From: Arcobacteraceae bacterium | GTDB lineage: Bacteria > Campylobacterota > Campylobacteria > Campylobacterales > Arcobacteraceae | Length of the DNA: 37,730 nt | Reading direction: 5' to 3' | NCBI GenBank assembly: GCA_048268245.1 | Contig: JBLWVX010000026.1 | Coordinates: 1-37,730 of the forward strand | Shown here: piece after piece, positions 19,961-28,722 of the stretch | Layout of the letters: each line of letters begins with the position of its first letter | Numbering within the stretch: the first letter of the stretch is position 1 | Notes under the pieces: model-generated | The model's input: the letters and a program-made list of their open reading frames with translations, nothing else | The model's database searches: none | Told to the model about the DNA's origin: nothing | Program-made: the position numbers and the translations under genes

Positions 19961-20198
19961 TTTAGAGGTTAAAAAAGAAGTTGCAAAAATAGGAATGACC
20001 GCAACATTAGGTGCGACAGTTGTAACTTCAATGTTTATGAAAAATAAACTAGCAAAAAAAACGCATGTTGTTGCTGGTGCAGCATTTTGTGGCTTTGCTT
20101 TATGGCATCATATGCTTTATCAACCTGAAAATAAAAAAAAGAAAAAACTTATAAAAAAAGAATCAAAAGAAGAAGTTATATTAAATGATAATATTTAG
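19947..20198 (+). CDS. Small two-TM His-containing membrane protein
   Basis: KIGMTATLGATVVTSM and THVVAGAAFCGFALWHH; start taken at the ATG at 19947. Confidence 0.75.
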   Translation: MKKLDLEVKKEVAKIGMTATLGATVVTSMFMKNKLAKKTHVVAGAAFCGFALWHHMLYQPENKKKKKLIKKESKEEVILNDNI

Positions 20199-20263
20199 TG
20201 TTTGTATTTTAGGCAAACTTTGGCTATACTATTAAGCATTATAAAGTTTAAGGGCAAATTTTT

Positions 20264-20707
20264 ATGGTAGAGAACGAAGAGATAATAGAAGAACTTAAAA
20301 AGATTGTTAAACAAAAAGGCTTAAAATATACAGAACAAAGAGAAATAGTTTTAAGTATTTTAATTAATGCTGAAGACCATTTAACAGCTGAAGAAGTTTA
20401 CAATGAAATTAAAAAACAATACCCAGATACAAACATTGGAATCGCTACAGTTTATAGAGCATTAAGCTTCTTAGAAGAAGTAGATTTAATTGTATCTATT
20501 AATTTTGGTACTGATGGAAAAAAATATGAGAGTAACGCAAAATCTCATCATGACCATCTTATTTGTACTTCATGTGGTAAAATAGTAGAGTTTTTAGACG
20601 ATGAAATAGAGAAAAGACAAGACAGAATTGCTAAAAAGAATAAATTTAAAATTACAAGTCACTCTATGCAACTTTACGGAACTTGCGAAGATTGTACTCA
20701 AAACTAA
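20264..20707 (+). CDS. fur: Ferric uptake regulator
   Basis: GLKYTEQRE, IGIATVYRAL, FGTDGKKYE, HHDHLICTSCG, HSMQLYGTCEDC; closely resembles Campylobacter Fur. Confidence 0.9.
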   Translation: MVENEEIIEELKKIVKQKGLKYTEQREIVLSILINAEDHLTAEEVYNEIKKQYPDTNIGIATVYRALSFLEEVDLIVSINFGTDGKKYESNAKSHHDHLICTSCGKIVEFLDDEIEKRQDRIAKKNKFKITSHSMQLYGTCEDCTQN

Positions 20708-20728
20708 AAGTTTAAACTTTTAGTTTTG
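20699..20728. terminator. Bidirectional terminator between convergent fur and fldA
   Basis: Perfect 30-nt palindrome CAAAACTAAAAGTTTAAACTTTTAGTTTTG. Confidence 0.75.
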
Positions 20729-20732
20729 TTTT

Positions 20733-21227
20733 TTATATAATATCACTTTTGATATCTTCAATCCAGGCTTTAATTCTATCGTCTGTTAAATCATCTTGAT
20801 TATCTTCATCAATAACTAATCCAACAAATTTTCCATCAATTTCTGCTTTTGATTCATCATAATCATAACCATCCGTAGATGTAAAACCTACAATATTAGC
20901 ACCTTTTGAATTCACTTGTTCATGAATAGTTCCTAAAGCGTCTACAAAAGTATCCCCATAACCTTCTTGGTCTCCTAGTGAAAATAAAGCTACATTTTTT
21001 CCAGAAAAATCAAGTTCACAAAATTCATCCCACACTTCATCTAAATCATCGTTTAGATCACCATCTCCCCAAGTAGAAGCACCAATAATTACTTTATCAT
21101 ACTGTTCAACTTTATCAAGGTTTGCACTTAAATCAAAAACTTCAATTCCTCCTAACTCTTCTGCAATTTTACTTGCAACTTCTGTTGTATTCCCTGTACT
21201 AGTTGTATAAAATATAGCTGTCGCCAT
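20733..21227 (-). CDS. fldA: Long-chain flavodoxin
   Basis: TSTGNT, GASTWGDG, FSLGDQEGY, FVGLVIDEDNQ. Confidence 0.95.
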   Translation of the reverse strand: MATAIFYTTSTGNTTEVASKIAEELGGIEVFDLSANLDKVEQYDKVIIGASTWGDGDLNDDLDEVWDEFCELDFSGKNVALFSLGDQEGYGDTFVDALGTIHEQVNSKGANIVGFTSTDGYDYDESKAEIDGKFVGLVIDEDNQDDLTDDRIKAWIEDIKSDII

Positions 21228-21244
21228 TTGTAAATCTCCTGTTT

Positions 21245-22012
21245 TTATCTTATAATTGATCTAAAAGAGTACGGTATTGCTTTGATTTGGTACTCTTTGT
21301 TTTTTAATTCATCCACATATATAGGTATTTGTTTTTTAAATTCATCATCTTTTGGATACGCTAAATATATTTGATTGAAATCTCCTTTTTTTATTGACTC
21401 AATAGCACTTTCTAGTTCATCTTTAATATTTGGGTTTTTAACTTCAATATTTTTCCAAGATGTGTAGATTTTAAGTTTACATACATCTTTTGCTTCAATA
21501 CAAATCGAGTCACCTAAATCTATTACATTTTTATCTTTATGAAGTTTTTTTATCTTATTTAAAACGAATTCATGAAATAGTAAATGTTTATCAATAAGTA
21601 ACTGCATATTATTATTTATAAAACAATGAGAAATTAGCTTTGCAGCAGGAATTAAATTTTTACTTGTTACGAATGTTGAGTTATTAGTTTTGTTTAAATA
21701 GTTGTTTATAATCTTAGTTGAATTAATACAAAGTTTAAAACTCTTAGAAATTTTGTGTGTTTTTATATTTGAAGTTGGAAGCATTGAATTTATTTTAAAC
21801 TCAAAAGCATTTTTAAGAGAATAAATACTTAATCTTCTTTGCTCATATTTTGTAAAATGGCAGTATGATTTTAAAACATAATTGCTAAGATTTAAAAATA
21901 ATTGTCTTAATCTGTATTGAGAATTAAAGCTGTCAAAGCCTTTTGGTAAAAACTCTTTGTTATTATCAAAACCAACAAAATCATCACAGTAGTTAAAATA
22001 GTTAAAACTCAT
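21245..22012 (-). CDS. Conserved hypothetical protein between DUF2325 and fldA
   Basis: Start taken at the ATG at 22012 (RBS AAGGA). The gene order recalls the iron-repressed cj1384c-cj1383c-fldA unit of C. jejuni (from memory). Confidence 0.7.
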   Translation of the reverse strand: MSFNYFNYCDDFVGFDNNKEFLPKGFDSFNSQYRLRQLFLNLSNYVLKSYCHFTKYEQRRLSIYSLKNAFEFKINSMLPTSNIKTHKISKSFKLCINSTKIINNYLNKTNNSTFVTSKNLIPAAKLISHCFINNNMQLLIDKHLLFHEFVLNKIKKLHKDKNVIDLGDSICIEAKDVCKLKIYTSWKNIEVKNPNIKDELESAIESIKKGDFNQIYLAYPKDDEFKKQIPIYVDELKNKEYQIKAIPYSFRSIIR

Positions 22013-22013
22013 A

Positions 22014-22346
22014 TTAATCCTTCTTCTTAGTACAGTTTGCATAACACTGACTACAATCTGTAATTCCCATAATCTTTACATATTCATCATATACACAAGA
22101 AACTGATCTTTTTGCACATATAAATGGAATGTTTTTTCTTTTTGCTTCATTTTTATATTTAAGCATTGTATTATGGTTTAAAAAAGAAGTTAGCATAACT
22201 ATACAATCCGTATCCATAGGAACTTTTTTCTTAGGAGCAGAAGATTTTTTTCTTGCATCCCAGTGATTGATAGTTTTTGCACCAAGGTTTTCCAACATAT
22301 TTACAATAGGAGATATTTTATCTCCTCCAATAACTAATACACTCAT
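22014..22346 (-). CDS. DUF2325 domain protein
   Basis: SVLVIGGD, DCIVMLTSFLNHN, AKRKNIPFICAKRS; Cys-rich C-terminus. Confidence 0.85.
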   Translation of the reverse strand: MSVLVIGGDKISPIVNMLENLGAKTINHWDARKKSSAPKKKVPMDTDCIVMLTSFLNHNTMLKYKNEAKRKNIPFICAKRSVSCVYDEYVKIMGITDCSQCYANCTKKKD

Positions 22347-22356
22347 TTTACTTCCT

Positions 22357-22422
22357 TTAGCAAGTACAACCAGTTGGCTCTACTAAATCTTTTTTATTTT
22401 TTATTTCGTAACAAGTAATCAT
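22357..22422 (-). CDS. Candidate 21-aa Cys-rich leader peptide MITCYEIKNKKDLVEPTGCTC
   Basis: RBS AAAGGA 6 nt upstream of the ATG; the stop codon overlaps the DUF2325 RBS (TAAAGGAAG). Confidence 0.5.
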   Translation of the reverse strand: MITCYEIKNKKDLVEPTGCTC

Positions 22423-22439
22423 TATAAATCCTTTCATAT

Positions 22440-22507
22440 TGATAATCATTATTAGTATATTACAAGAACAAAACTTAAATTTATATTAATATTGAGAATA
22501 GTTATCA
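22440..22507. promoter_or_regulatory. Two Fur boxes upstream of the DUF2325-fldA operon
   Basis: TGATAATCATTATTA (22440-22454) and TGAGAATAGTTATCA (22493-22507). Confidence 0.78.
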
Positions 22508-22533
22508 CTATACTTTGAAATTTTAGAGATAAA

Positions 22534-22564
22534 AAAAGGAAGAGAGTATAACTCTCTTCCTTTT
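22534..22564 (-). terminator. Intrinsic terminator of the porin gene
   Basis: AAAAGGAAGAGAGT-ATA-ACTCTCTTCCTTTT hairpin with a U-tract on the minus strand. Confidence 0.85.
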
Positions 22565-22582
22565 ACTTTGTTTTGGTAATAA

Positions 22583-23671
22583 TTAAAATGAGTAAGCTAA
22601 GTTTACAGCTACTTTTGATTTGTCCTTATCCGACTCTAAAGATAAGTCTGTATACATAATATCTGCAGCTAAGTTTTCAGTAAATGAATAAGCAGCGCCA
22701 AGAGTAAATTCTTTATCTTCTTTATTTGTACTGTCATTATCAGCAACGGCATATAGTGCAGATAGTTCTACCTCAGAGATAGTATATCCAGCTGTAGCAT
22801 AAATAGTGCTAGTATCAGTAGCATAAATATAATCACCTAACTCTTCAGTTGGATCAATATTATCACCAAATGCAGCAATTGAACCTAGCCCATTGTCCTT
22901 TCCAGCTTTAATATAGCCAGCTGCTAAACTAAATCCAGATACATTAGCACTTGCTTCAAAATGTAAAACTTCACCATCTTCTGTATTTGCTGCATCTTCT
23001 GAACTTTGTGCATAATGAGCAGTTAAACCAAATGTATCAGTTTCATAAGTTGTTTTTAAACCATAGAAGTTTGCTACATCTTGTGCTGAATAAAAATAAG
23101 GGTTTAATACAATATTTTCAATTCCATTATATTTTGCATCTATAACATAGGCACCATCTTTTGTAACATCAGCAAAATTTTTGCTTTCATCTGCACCAAT
23201 CGCAGCTTGTCTAGTTGTATATCCTGCAACTAAAGTTGTATTTGGAATTAGTTTTGATGAAGAGATAACAACTGCTTCATTGTAATCACCCAACCACTCT
23301 AAATCGATCTCTTGTCTACCAGCTTTAATAGTAAGAAAATCATTTGAGAATTCAATATTTGCAGTATGTATAACAGCATTGTTTTCAAAATCACCTTCGT
23401 AATCACCTGGTTCTTTTTCAGAGAATTCATGATTTGCTCTAAATCCAGTGTTTAATTTAAAACCATTTAATGAATCAGTTTCATAGTTTAAGTTAAAAGT
23501 TCCTGCTGTAAAACCAGAGTCTTTTTCACCAGCTCCATTATCCCATGATTGATGATGAGCTGTAAGCTCTCCAGAAAAGCTTCCATCTTTAAAAGCCTCA
23601 TCAACACTATTTGCAGCATAAGCAGTAGATGTTAATACTAATGCACTTGCAATAATACTTAATTTTTTCAT
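22583..23671 (-). CDS. Outer membrane porin (Opr/OprD-like, Campylobacterota type)
   Basis: Signal peptide, SVDEAFKDG, KAGRQEI, alternating beta-strand pattern, C-terminal YSF. Confidence 0.85.
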   Translation of the reverse strand: MKKLSIIASALVLTSTAYAANSVDEAFKDGSFSGELTAHHQSWDNGAGEKDSGFTAGTFNLNYETDSLNGFKLNTGFRANHEFSEKEPGDYEGDFENNAVIHTANIEFSNDFLTIKAGRQEIDLEWLGDYNEAVVISSSKLIPNTTLVAGYTTRQAAIGADESKNFADVTKDGAYVIDAKYNGIENIVLNPYFYSAQDVANFYGLKTTYETDTFGLTAHYAQSSEDAANTEDGEVLHFEASANVSGFSLAAGYIKAGKDNGLGSIAAFGDNIDPTEELGDYIYATDTSTIYATAGYTISEVELSALYAVADNDSTNKEDKEFTLGAAYSFTENLAADIMYTDLSLESDKDKSKVAVNLAYSF

Positions 23672-23765
23672 TTATTATGTCCTTTTGTTTTGAATTTTTT
23701 AGTAGAAATAAATTCAATTTAGTGGTGGAATATTAGTGAATAGAAAATTAATTTATACTTAATTA

Positions 23766-23780
23766 TGATTATGGTTATCA
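23766..23780. promoter_or_regulatory. Fur-box-like site upstream of the porin
   Basis: TGATTATGGTTATCA, two mismatches to the 7-1-7 consensus. Confidence 0.5.
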
Positions 23781-23949
23781 ATTTTATTTGTTTTTGAGTG
23801 TTTTTATATATCTGTTATTTATAACATATTTAAAGTTTGTAATTAGAAAGTATATTTTTATTTATTTTGTTATGGTAAAACCTATGGAATTATTATTTAA
23901 TGTTAGTTGAAGAAAAGTGAGTTATAAAAAATAGAGAGGTCTCTATTTT

Positions 23950-24243
23950 TTATTTACGAGGGGCATATTTAAAAAATATATATAAAACAGCAACCATTAC
24001 CACTACAGTTACAATCGACATTATACTTAACTCAACTTCTGGTCCTGCTCCTCTTTGGTAATTCTTAGGCATAAAAAGGAACATAGCAGATAGTAGCATA
24101 AAAGATGATGTAACTACTGCGATTAAATGAGCAAAAACTCTGTGCAACTTAGTAATGTAAAAGTCTTTTACCATTTTCCATGTAATAAATGCTGCGGATA
24201 AAACTATCACCAAAACAATGATTTTTTCGTACTGTGGTTCCAA
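23950..24243 (-). CDS. Small three-TM hypothetical membrane protein
   Basis: Hydrophobic ORF, TTG start with RBS AAGGA, followed by the hairpin AAAAATAGAGA-GG-TCTCTATTTTT. Confidence 0.75.
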   Translation of the reverse strand: MEPQYEKIIVLVIVLSAAFITWKMVKDFYITKLHRVFAHLIAVVTSSFMLLSAMFLFMPKNYQRGAGPEVELSIMSIVTVVVMVAVLYIFFKYAPRK

Positions 24244-24374
24244 TATTTCTTCCTTAAATAAAAAGTTTCATATTTTATGGATAATATACTTAAATAAGGC
24301 TTTTTTAACTACTCTTTAAAATCAACATATATTTATTTAATGAATAAAGTAAAATAGTACTATAATATACGAAA

Positions 24375-25313
24375 TTGAAAATAACTAAGGTGTGTAAGAT
24401 TTTTAAACTAATTTTATTAATAATAATTATATTTAGTGTTGTATTAAATGCTGAAAATATCAAACCTATACCAAATAATATAGATGTGCATAAACAAAAA
24501 GCTAAACTAGGCGAAAAACTTTTTAATGATAAAAGACTATCTTTAGATAATAGTATATCTTGTGCCTCATGTCATATACTAAATGAGGGTGGTGATGATA
24601 ATAGTGTTGTTGCTATAGGTATTGATGGTAAGCAAGGTAATATAAACACTCCTACAGTTTTAAACTCTGTTTTTAATTTTAGACAATTTTGGGATGGAAG
24701 AGCTAAAAGTTTAAAAGACCAAGCTTTGGGACCTATTGAAAATCCTATTGAAATGGCTAGTGACTTCAATGTATTAATTAAAAAATTAGAAAACACTGAA
24801 TATAAAGAGCTTTTTGATGAAGTTTTCAAAAATGGTATTACAAAACAAAATATAGTTGATGCAATAGCAGAATATGAAAAAACTTTAATAACTCCAAACT
24901 CACCTTTTGATAGATATTTAAATGGTGATGAGAATGCTATTACAAAAAAGCAAAAAGAAGGTTATGAACTTTTTAAAAATAAAGGTTGTATTGCTTGTCA
25001 TAATGGAGTTAATGTAGGTGGAAACTTATATAGTAAGTTTGGAATTATGGAAGATGCAAAAAGTATTAATCTTGGAAGATACAATCTTACAAAAAAAGAA
25101 AAAGACAAGTACTATTTTAAAGTACCTACTTTAAGAAATATAGAACATACTGCTCCATATTTTCATGATGGAAGAACTTATAGTTTGAGTGCAGCAGTTA
25201 AGATCATGACACTTTATCAAGTTGGTAGACCAATGAGTGAAGAAGAGATAAGTAGTATTGTTAGTTTTTTAAAATCACTATCTGGTGAATTGCCAAAAGA
25301 AAGGAGTAAATAA
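24375..25313 (+). CDS. Di-haem cytochrome c peroxidase/MauG family protein
   Basis: CASCH and CIACH haem motifs, QFWDGRA, KVPTLRN, PYFHDG; signal peptide. Exact start uncertain. Confidence 0.92.
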   Translation: MKITKVCKIFKLILLIIIIFSVVLNAENIKPIPNNIDVHKQKAKLGEKLFNDKRLSLDNSISCASCHILNEGGDDNSVVAIGIDGKQGNINTPTVLNSVFNFRQFWDGRAKSLKDQALGPIENPIEMASDFNVLIKKLENTEYKELFDEVFKNGITKQNIVDAIAEYEKTLITPNSPFDRYLNGDENAITKKQKEGYELFKNKGCIACHNGVNVGGNLYSKFGIMEDAKSINLGRYNLTKKEKDKYYFKVPTLRNIEHTAPYFHDGRTYSLSAAVKIMTLYQVGRPMSEEEISSIVSFLKSLSGELPKERSK

Positions 25314-28157
25314 ATGTTTTTAAAAGCTAAAAGTTTATTTATTCCCTCTATCGTTATTACTTCAATCCTTTTAGCAGGACTTTTTTTATATCTTTTTAAA
25401 ATTGAAGATAGTGTAAAGAATTATGATAATTACAAAAATAGTTTAATGCAATTAAGGCTTATAAATAATGACTTCACAAATTTTCTTAATATTAATAGTA
25501 AACTAATTAACTTTGATGAAATAGTTCAAAAAACAAATAGTTTTGAAATCCATCTTAACAATTTGATTAAAAGTTATATTAAAAAAGATTTTGGGATTGA
25601 GTTTAATGAACATTTAAAAGATATACAAAATAAATATTACAAAAAAATTGAGTTGCTAGAGGACTTTAAATCAAGACATGCTACACGGCTTAACTCAATT
25701 CATTTTCTTTTTGATTTAAATAATAGTATTAGTGAAAGTAAAAGTTTAGACAAAGAGTTAAAAAATATAGTAAATAATATTACTTTTTTGTTAATTCAAG
25801 ACTATGTAAATATAAATGAAAATGAAACTATTATTTATAAAAACCTAGAGTATATACAGCATAGAAATATTGATAGTAAAATTGATTATTTTGATAAGCA
25901 TACAAGAAAAGTGTTAGAGTTAAAAGAACAGTTAAAAAAGATTTTAGAAGAGTCATTAAGTATAAGATTAAATGAGAGTATAACAAAAACTTCAAATAGT
26001 TTAGAAATAGCTTATGACAAAGAGCTTTTTTACCAATTAATTATTGCATTGTTGTTTTTTATATTATCAGTAATTTTAGTAATTATAATGGTAAAGCTTT
26101 ATCTAAATACTATAAAAATTCAAAATGAACTTCAAGCTTTTAAATATGCAGTGCAACATAGTGATAACTCCGTAGTATTAACTGATGCAAATAAAAATAT
26201 TTTATATGTTAATGAAATATTTGAGAGTAATTCAGGTTATGAAAAAGAAGAGGTTTTAGGAAATAAACCAAAGGTTTTACAATCAGGCTTGACTCCTGAG
26301 AGTAGATACAAACAGTTAAATGAAAATTTAAGTAATGGAAAAAAATGGGAAGGGGAGTTTATAAATAAAAGAAAAGATGGTTCTATCTTTTATGAAAAAG
26401 CTTCAATTGTACCTATTTTTCTAAATGGTGAAGTTGTAAATTATCTTGCTATAAAACTTGATATTACTAAATATATAAAGCAACAAGAAGAGTTAAAAGA
26501 GTCAGCTATAGTATTTGAAAATACACAAGAGGGTATTTTAATCATAGATAGAAGTGGAGATATCATAAGTGCTAATAAAGCTTATGAGGATATTTCAGGA
26601 TATAAAATTGATGAGTTAATAGGTACGAAACCAAATGTTTTAACTACAAATAGACATGATAAAATGTTTTATAAAAAAGTCTTGACTCATTTAAATAGAA
26701 ATGGGTACTTTAAAGGCAAGGTGAATGATATAGCTAAAGATGGGACATTGATCCCTACTTGGTTAAATATTACTGCTGTAAGAAATGAAGATGGTAAAAT
26801 TCTTAAATATATTTCAATTCATACAAACTTACAAGAGATTATAGATACTCAAGAAAAAGCAGATTTCCTTGCTTATCATGATAGTTTAACATCTTTACCT
26901 AATAGAGTTATGCTTGAAGAACATCTAAATCATGTAATTGATGCATCAAAAAGAAATAATTATAGTGTTGCCCTACTTTTCTTAGATTTGGATAGGTTTA
27001 AAATCATAAATGATACTTTAGGACATAATGTAGGTGATAAGCTTTTAATTGAAGTGTCTTCAAGAATTAAATCTGTGTTAAGACAGTCAGATATGCTTGC
27101 TAGAATGGGTGGAGATGAGTTTGTAATAGTATTAGAATCTGCAAAAAATAAAAGTAGTGCAGGGTTTGTATGTGAAAAGATTTTAGAGATAGTAAAACAA
27201 CCTGTAAAAATAGATAATTTTAAATTAAATACAAGTGCTAGTATTGGTGTAGCTATGTTTCCCAGTGATGGAGATGATATGCAAACACTTATAAAAAATG
27301 CAGATACTGCCATGTATTATGCTAAGAAGCAGGGTAAAGATACCTTTGAGTATTATGATGAAAAACTATCAGAGGATGTGCATGATCAGCTTGTAATAGA
27401 ACAAGCATTAAAACAAGCAGTTCAGAAAAATGAACTTTATTTAAATTATCAACCACAATATGATTTAAATACTAAAAAAACAAGATCTTTTGAAGCCTTA
27501 GTTAGATGGAATAATGACAAATTAGGTTTTGTATCACCTGCTACTTTTATCCCAGTTGCTGAAGATACTGGTCTTATTGTACCAATAGGGGAGTTTATTT
27601 TCAAAAAAGCTTGTGAAGATTTTATGAAGTTTAAACAAATAGATACTACTCTTGAGTATATAGCTATTAATATATCAAGTGTACAGTTCAGGTCATCAGA
27701 CTTTTTGAATAATATTAAAGCAATTATTAAAGAAATAGGAATAAAGCCAAGTCAAGTAGAGCTTGAATTAACTGAGCGATATATAATGGATTTTGGTAAA
27801 GATAGTATAACGTTATTAAATGAACTTAAGTCATTAGGTTTTAAAATGTCTATTGATGATTTTGGTACAGGTTATTCTTCAATGAGTTATCTTTCAAAAC
27901 TTCCTATTGAGACTATTAAGATTGATAAAGCTTTTATTGATTATATTCCTAAAAACAATAATAATCTTCAAATTACTAAAGCAATAATAGCCCTATCAAA
28001 GAGTTTAGGCTATAAAACAGTTGCTGAAGGAATAGAGTACCCTGAACAAGAGGATGTTTTAAGTGATTTAGGTTGTGATATTGGTCAGGGGTATTTTTAT
28101 GCCAAACCACAAAGTTTTGAAGACATTAGAAATAGTCTAATTTTACAAAATATGTGA
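25314..28157 (+). CDS. Membrane sensor with periplasmic helical (DAHL-like) domain, PAS-PAS, GGDEF and EAL
   Basis: Two TMs; two PAS/PAC units; RQSD I-site and GGDEF; EAL, DDFGTGYSS, KID, EGIE, QGY. Confidence 0.93.
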   Translation: MFLKAKSLFIPSIVITSILLAGLFLYLFKIEDSVKNYDNYKNSLMQLRLINNDFTNFLNINSKLINFDEIVQKTNSFEIHLNNLIKSYIKKDFGIEFNEHLKDIQNKYYKKIELLEDFKSRHATRLNSIHFLFDLNNSISESKSLDKELKNIVNNITFLLIQDYVNINENETIIYKNLEYIQHRNIDSKIDYFDKHTRKVLELKEQLKKILEESLSIRLNESITKTSNSLEIAYDKELFYQLIIALLFFILSVILVIIMVKLYLNTIKIQNELQAFKYAVQHSDNSVVLTDANKNILYVNEIFESNSGYEKEEVLGNKPKVLQSGLTPESRYKQLNENLSNGKKWEGEFINKRKDGSIFYEKASIVPIFLNGEVVNYLAIKLDITKYIKQQEELKESAIVFENTQEGILIIDRSGDIISANKAYEDISGYKIDELIGTKPNVLTTNRHDKMFYKKVLTHLNRNGYFKGKVNDIAKDGTLIPTWLNITAVRNEDGKILKYISIHTNLQEIIDTQEKADFLAYHDSLTSLPNRVMLEEHLNHVIDASKRNNYSVALLFLDLDRFKIINDTLGHNVGDKLLIEVSSRIKSVLRQSDMLARMGGDEFVIVLESAKNKSSAGFVCEKILEIVKQPVKIDNFKLNTSASIGVAMFPSDGDDMQTLIKNADTAMYYAKKQGKDTFEYYDEKLSEDVHDQLVIEQALKQAVQKNELYLNYQPQYDLNTKKTRSFEALVRWNNDKLGFVSPATFIPVAEDTGLIVPIGEFIFKKACEDFMKFKQIDTTLEYIAINISSVQFRSSDFLNNIKAIIKEIGIKPSQVELELTERYIMDFGKDSITLLNELKSLGFKMSIDDFGTGYSSMSYLSKLPIETIKIDKAFIDYIPKNNNNLQITKAIIALSKSLGYKTVAEGIEYPEQEDVLSDLGCDIGQGYFYAKPQSFEDIRNSLILQNM

Positions 28158-28284
28158 TTTTGTTACAATGTTACTAAAGAAGGTATAAAAAATATACAAT
28201 TTTTTAATATATATTGAAATAAAAATATTTAAATGATATTATGGTTATTAAATAACTAAATAGTATCAAAAGAGGAGTGCCTTT

Positions 28285-28380
28285 ATGGAGAATCTATATA
28301 TGATGTTAAGCTCAATTGCAGTAGTTGGGCTAGTTGCTTTAACGTTTGTCTATTATTTTGATAGAAAAAAATCATCTTAA
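28285..28380 (+). CDS. Unannotated 31-aa single-TM peptide
   Basis: MENLYMMLSSIAVVGLVALTFVYYFDRKKSS; RBS GAGGAG; followed by the hairpin at 28379-28405. Confidence 0.65.
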   Translation: MENLYMMLSSIAVVGLVALTFVYYFDRKKSS

Positions 28381-28398
28381 AATAGAAGTTTAAAACTT

Positions 28399-28665
28399 CT
28401 ATTTTTTCTTAATTGCATCTTTTGATTTATTGAAGCAAAACATTCCCATTTTTTCATTTGTAAATGTCATAATACAAGTACTTCCTGGATCACTAAGGGG
28501 AGTGAATTCATAAACTCTTGCATTATAACCTTCTGTTTCAATATTATATTTTACATCAGGTTCAATATCTTTATTTGTCCAACTTTTAAGTTGAGACCAA
28601 CTAAGGGCATAGGCAAAGTTAGTACAAAATGCTAGTAGAAAAGCTGAAACTATTACTTTCTTCAT
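28399..28665 (-). CDS. Small secreted hypothetical protein
   Basis: Signal peptide, RVYEFTP, Cys pair; RBS AAAGGA. Confidence 0.75.
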   Translation of the reverse strand: MKKVIVSAFLLAFCTNFAYALSWSQLKSWTNKDIEPDVKYNIETEGYNARVYEFTPLSDPGSTCIMTFTNEKMGMFCFNKSKDAIKKK

Positions 28666-28722
28666 ATTTATTTCCTTTAAAGTATTTTCTAAGTATATAA
28701 AATAGTAGATAAAATTTTTAAT

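Noticed and set aside
1519..27313. Antisense ORFs at 1519, 2918, 3581, 7529, 13138, 16544, 17085, 22951, 24572 and 26960
   Set aside because: Shadow frames opposite well-supported genes, with no recognisable motifs.
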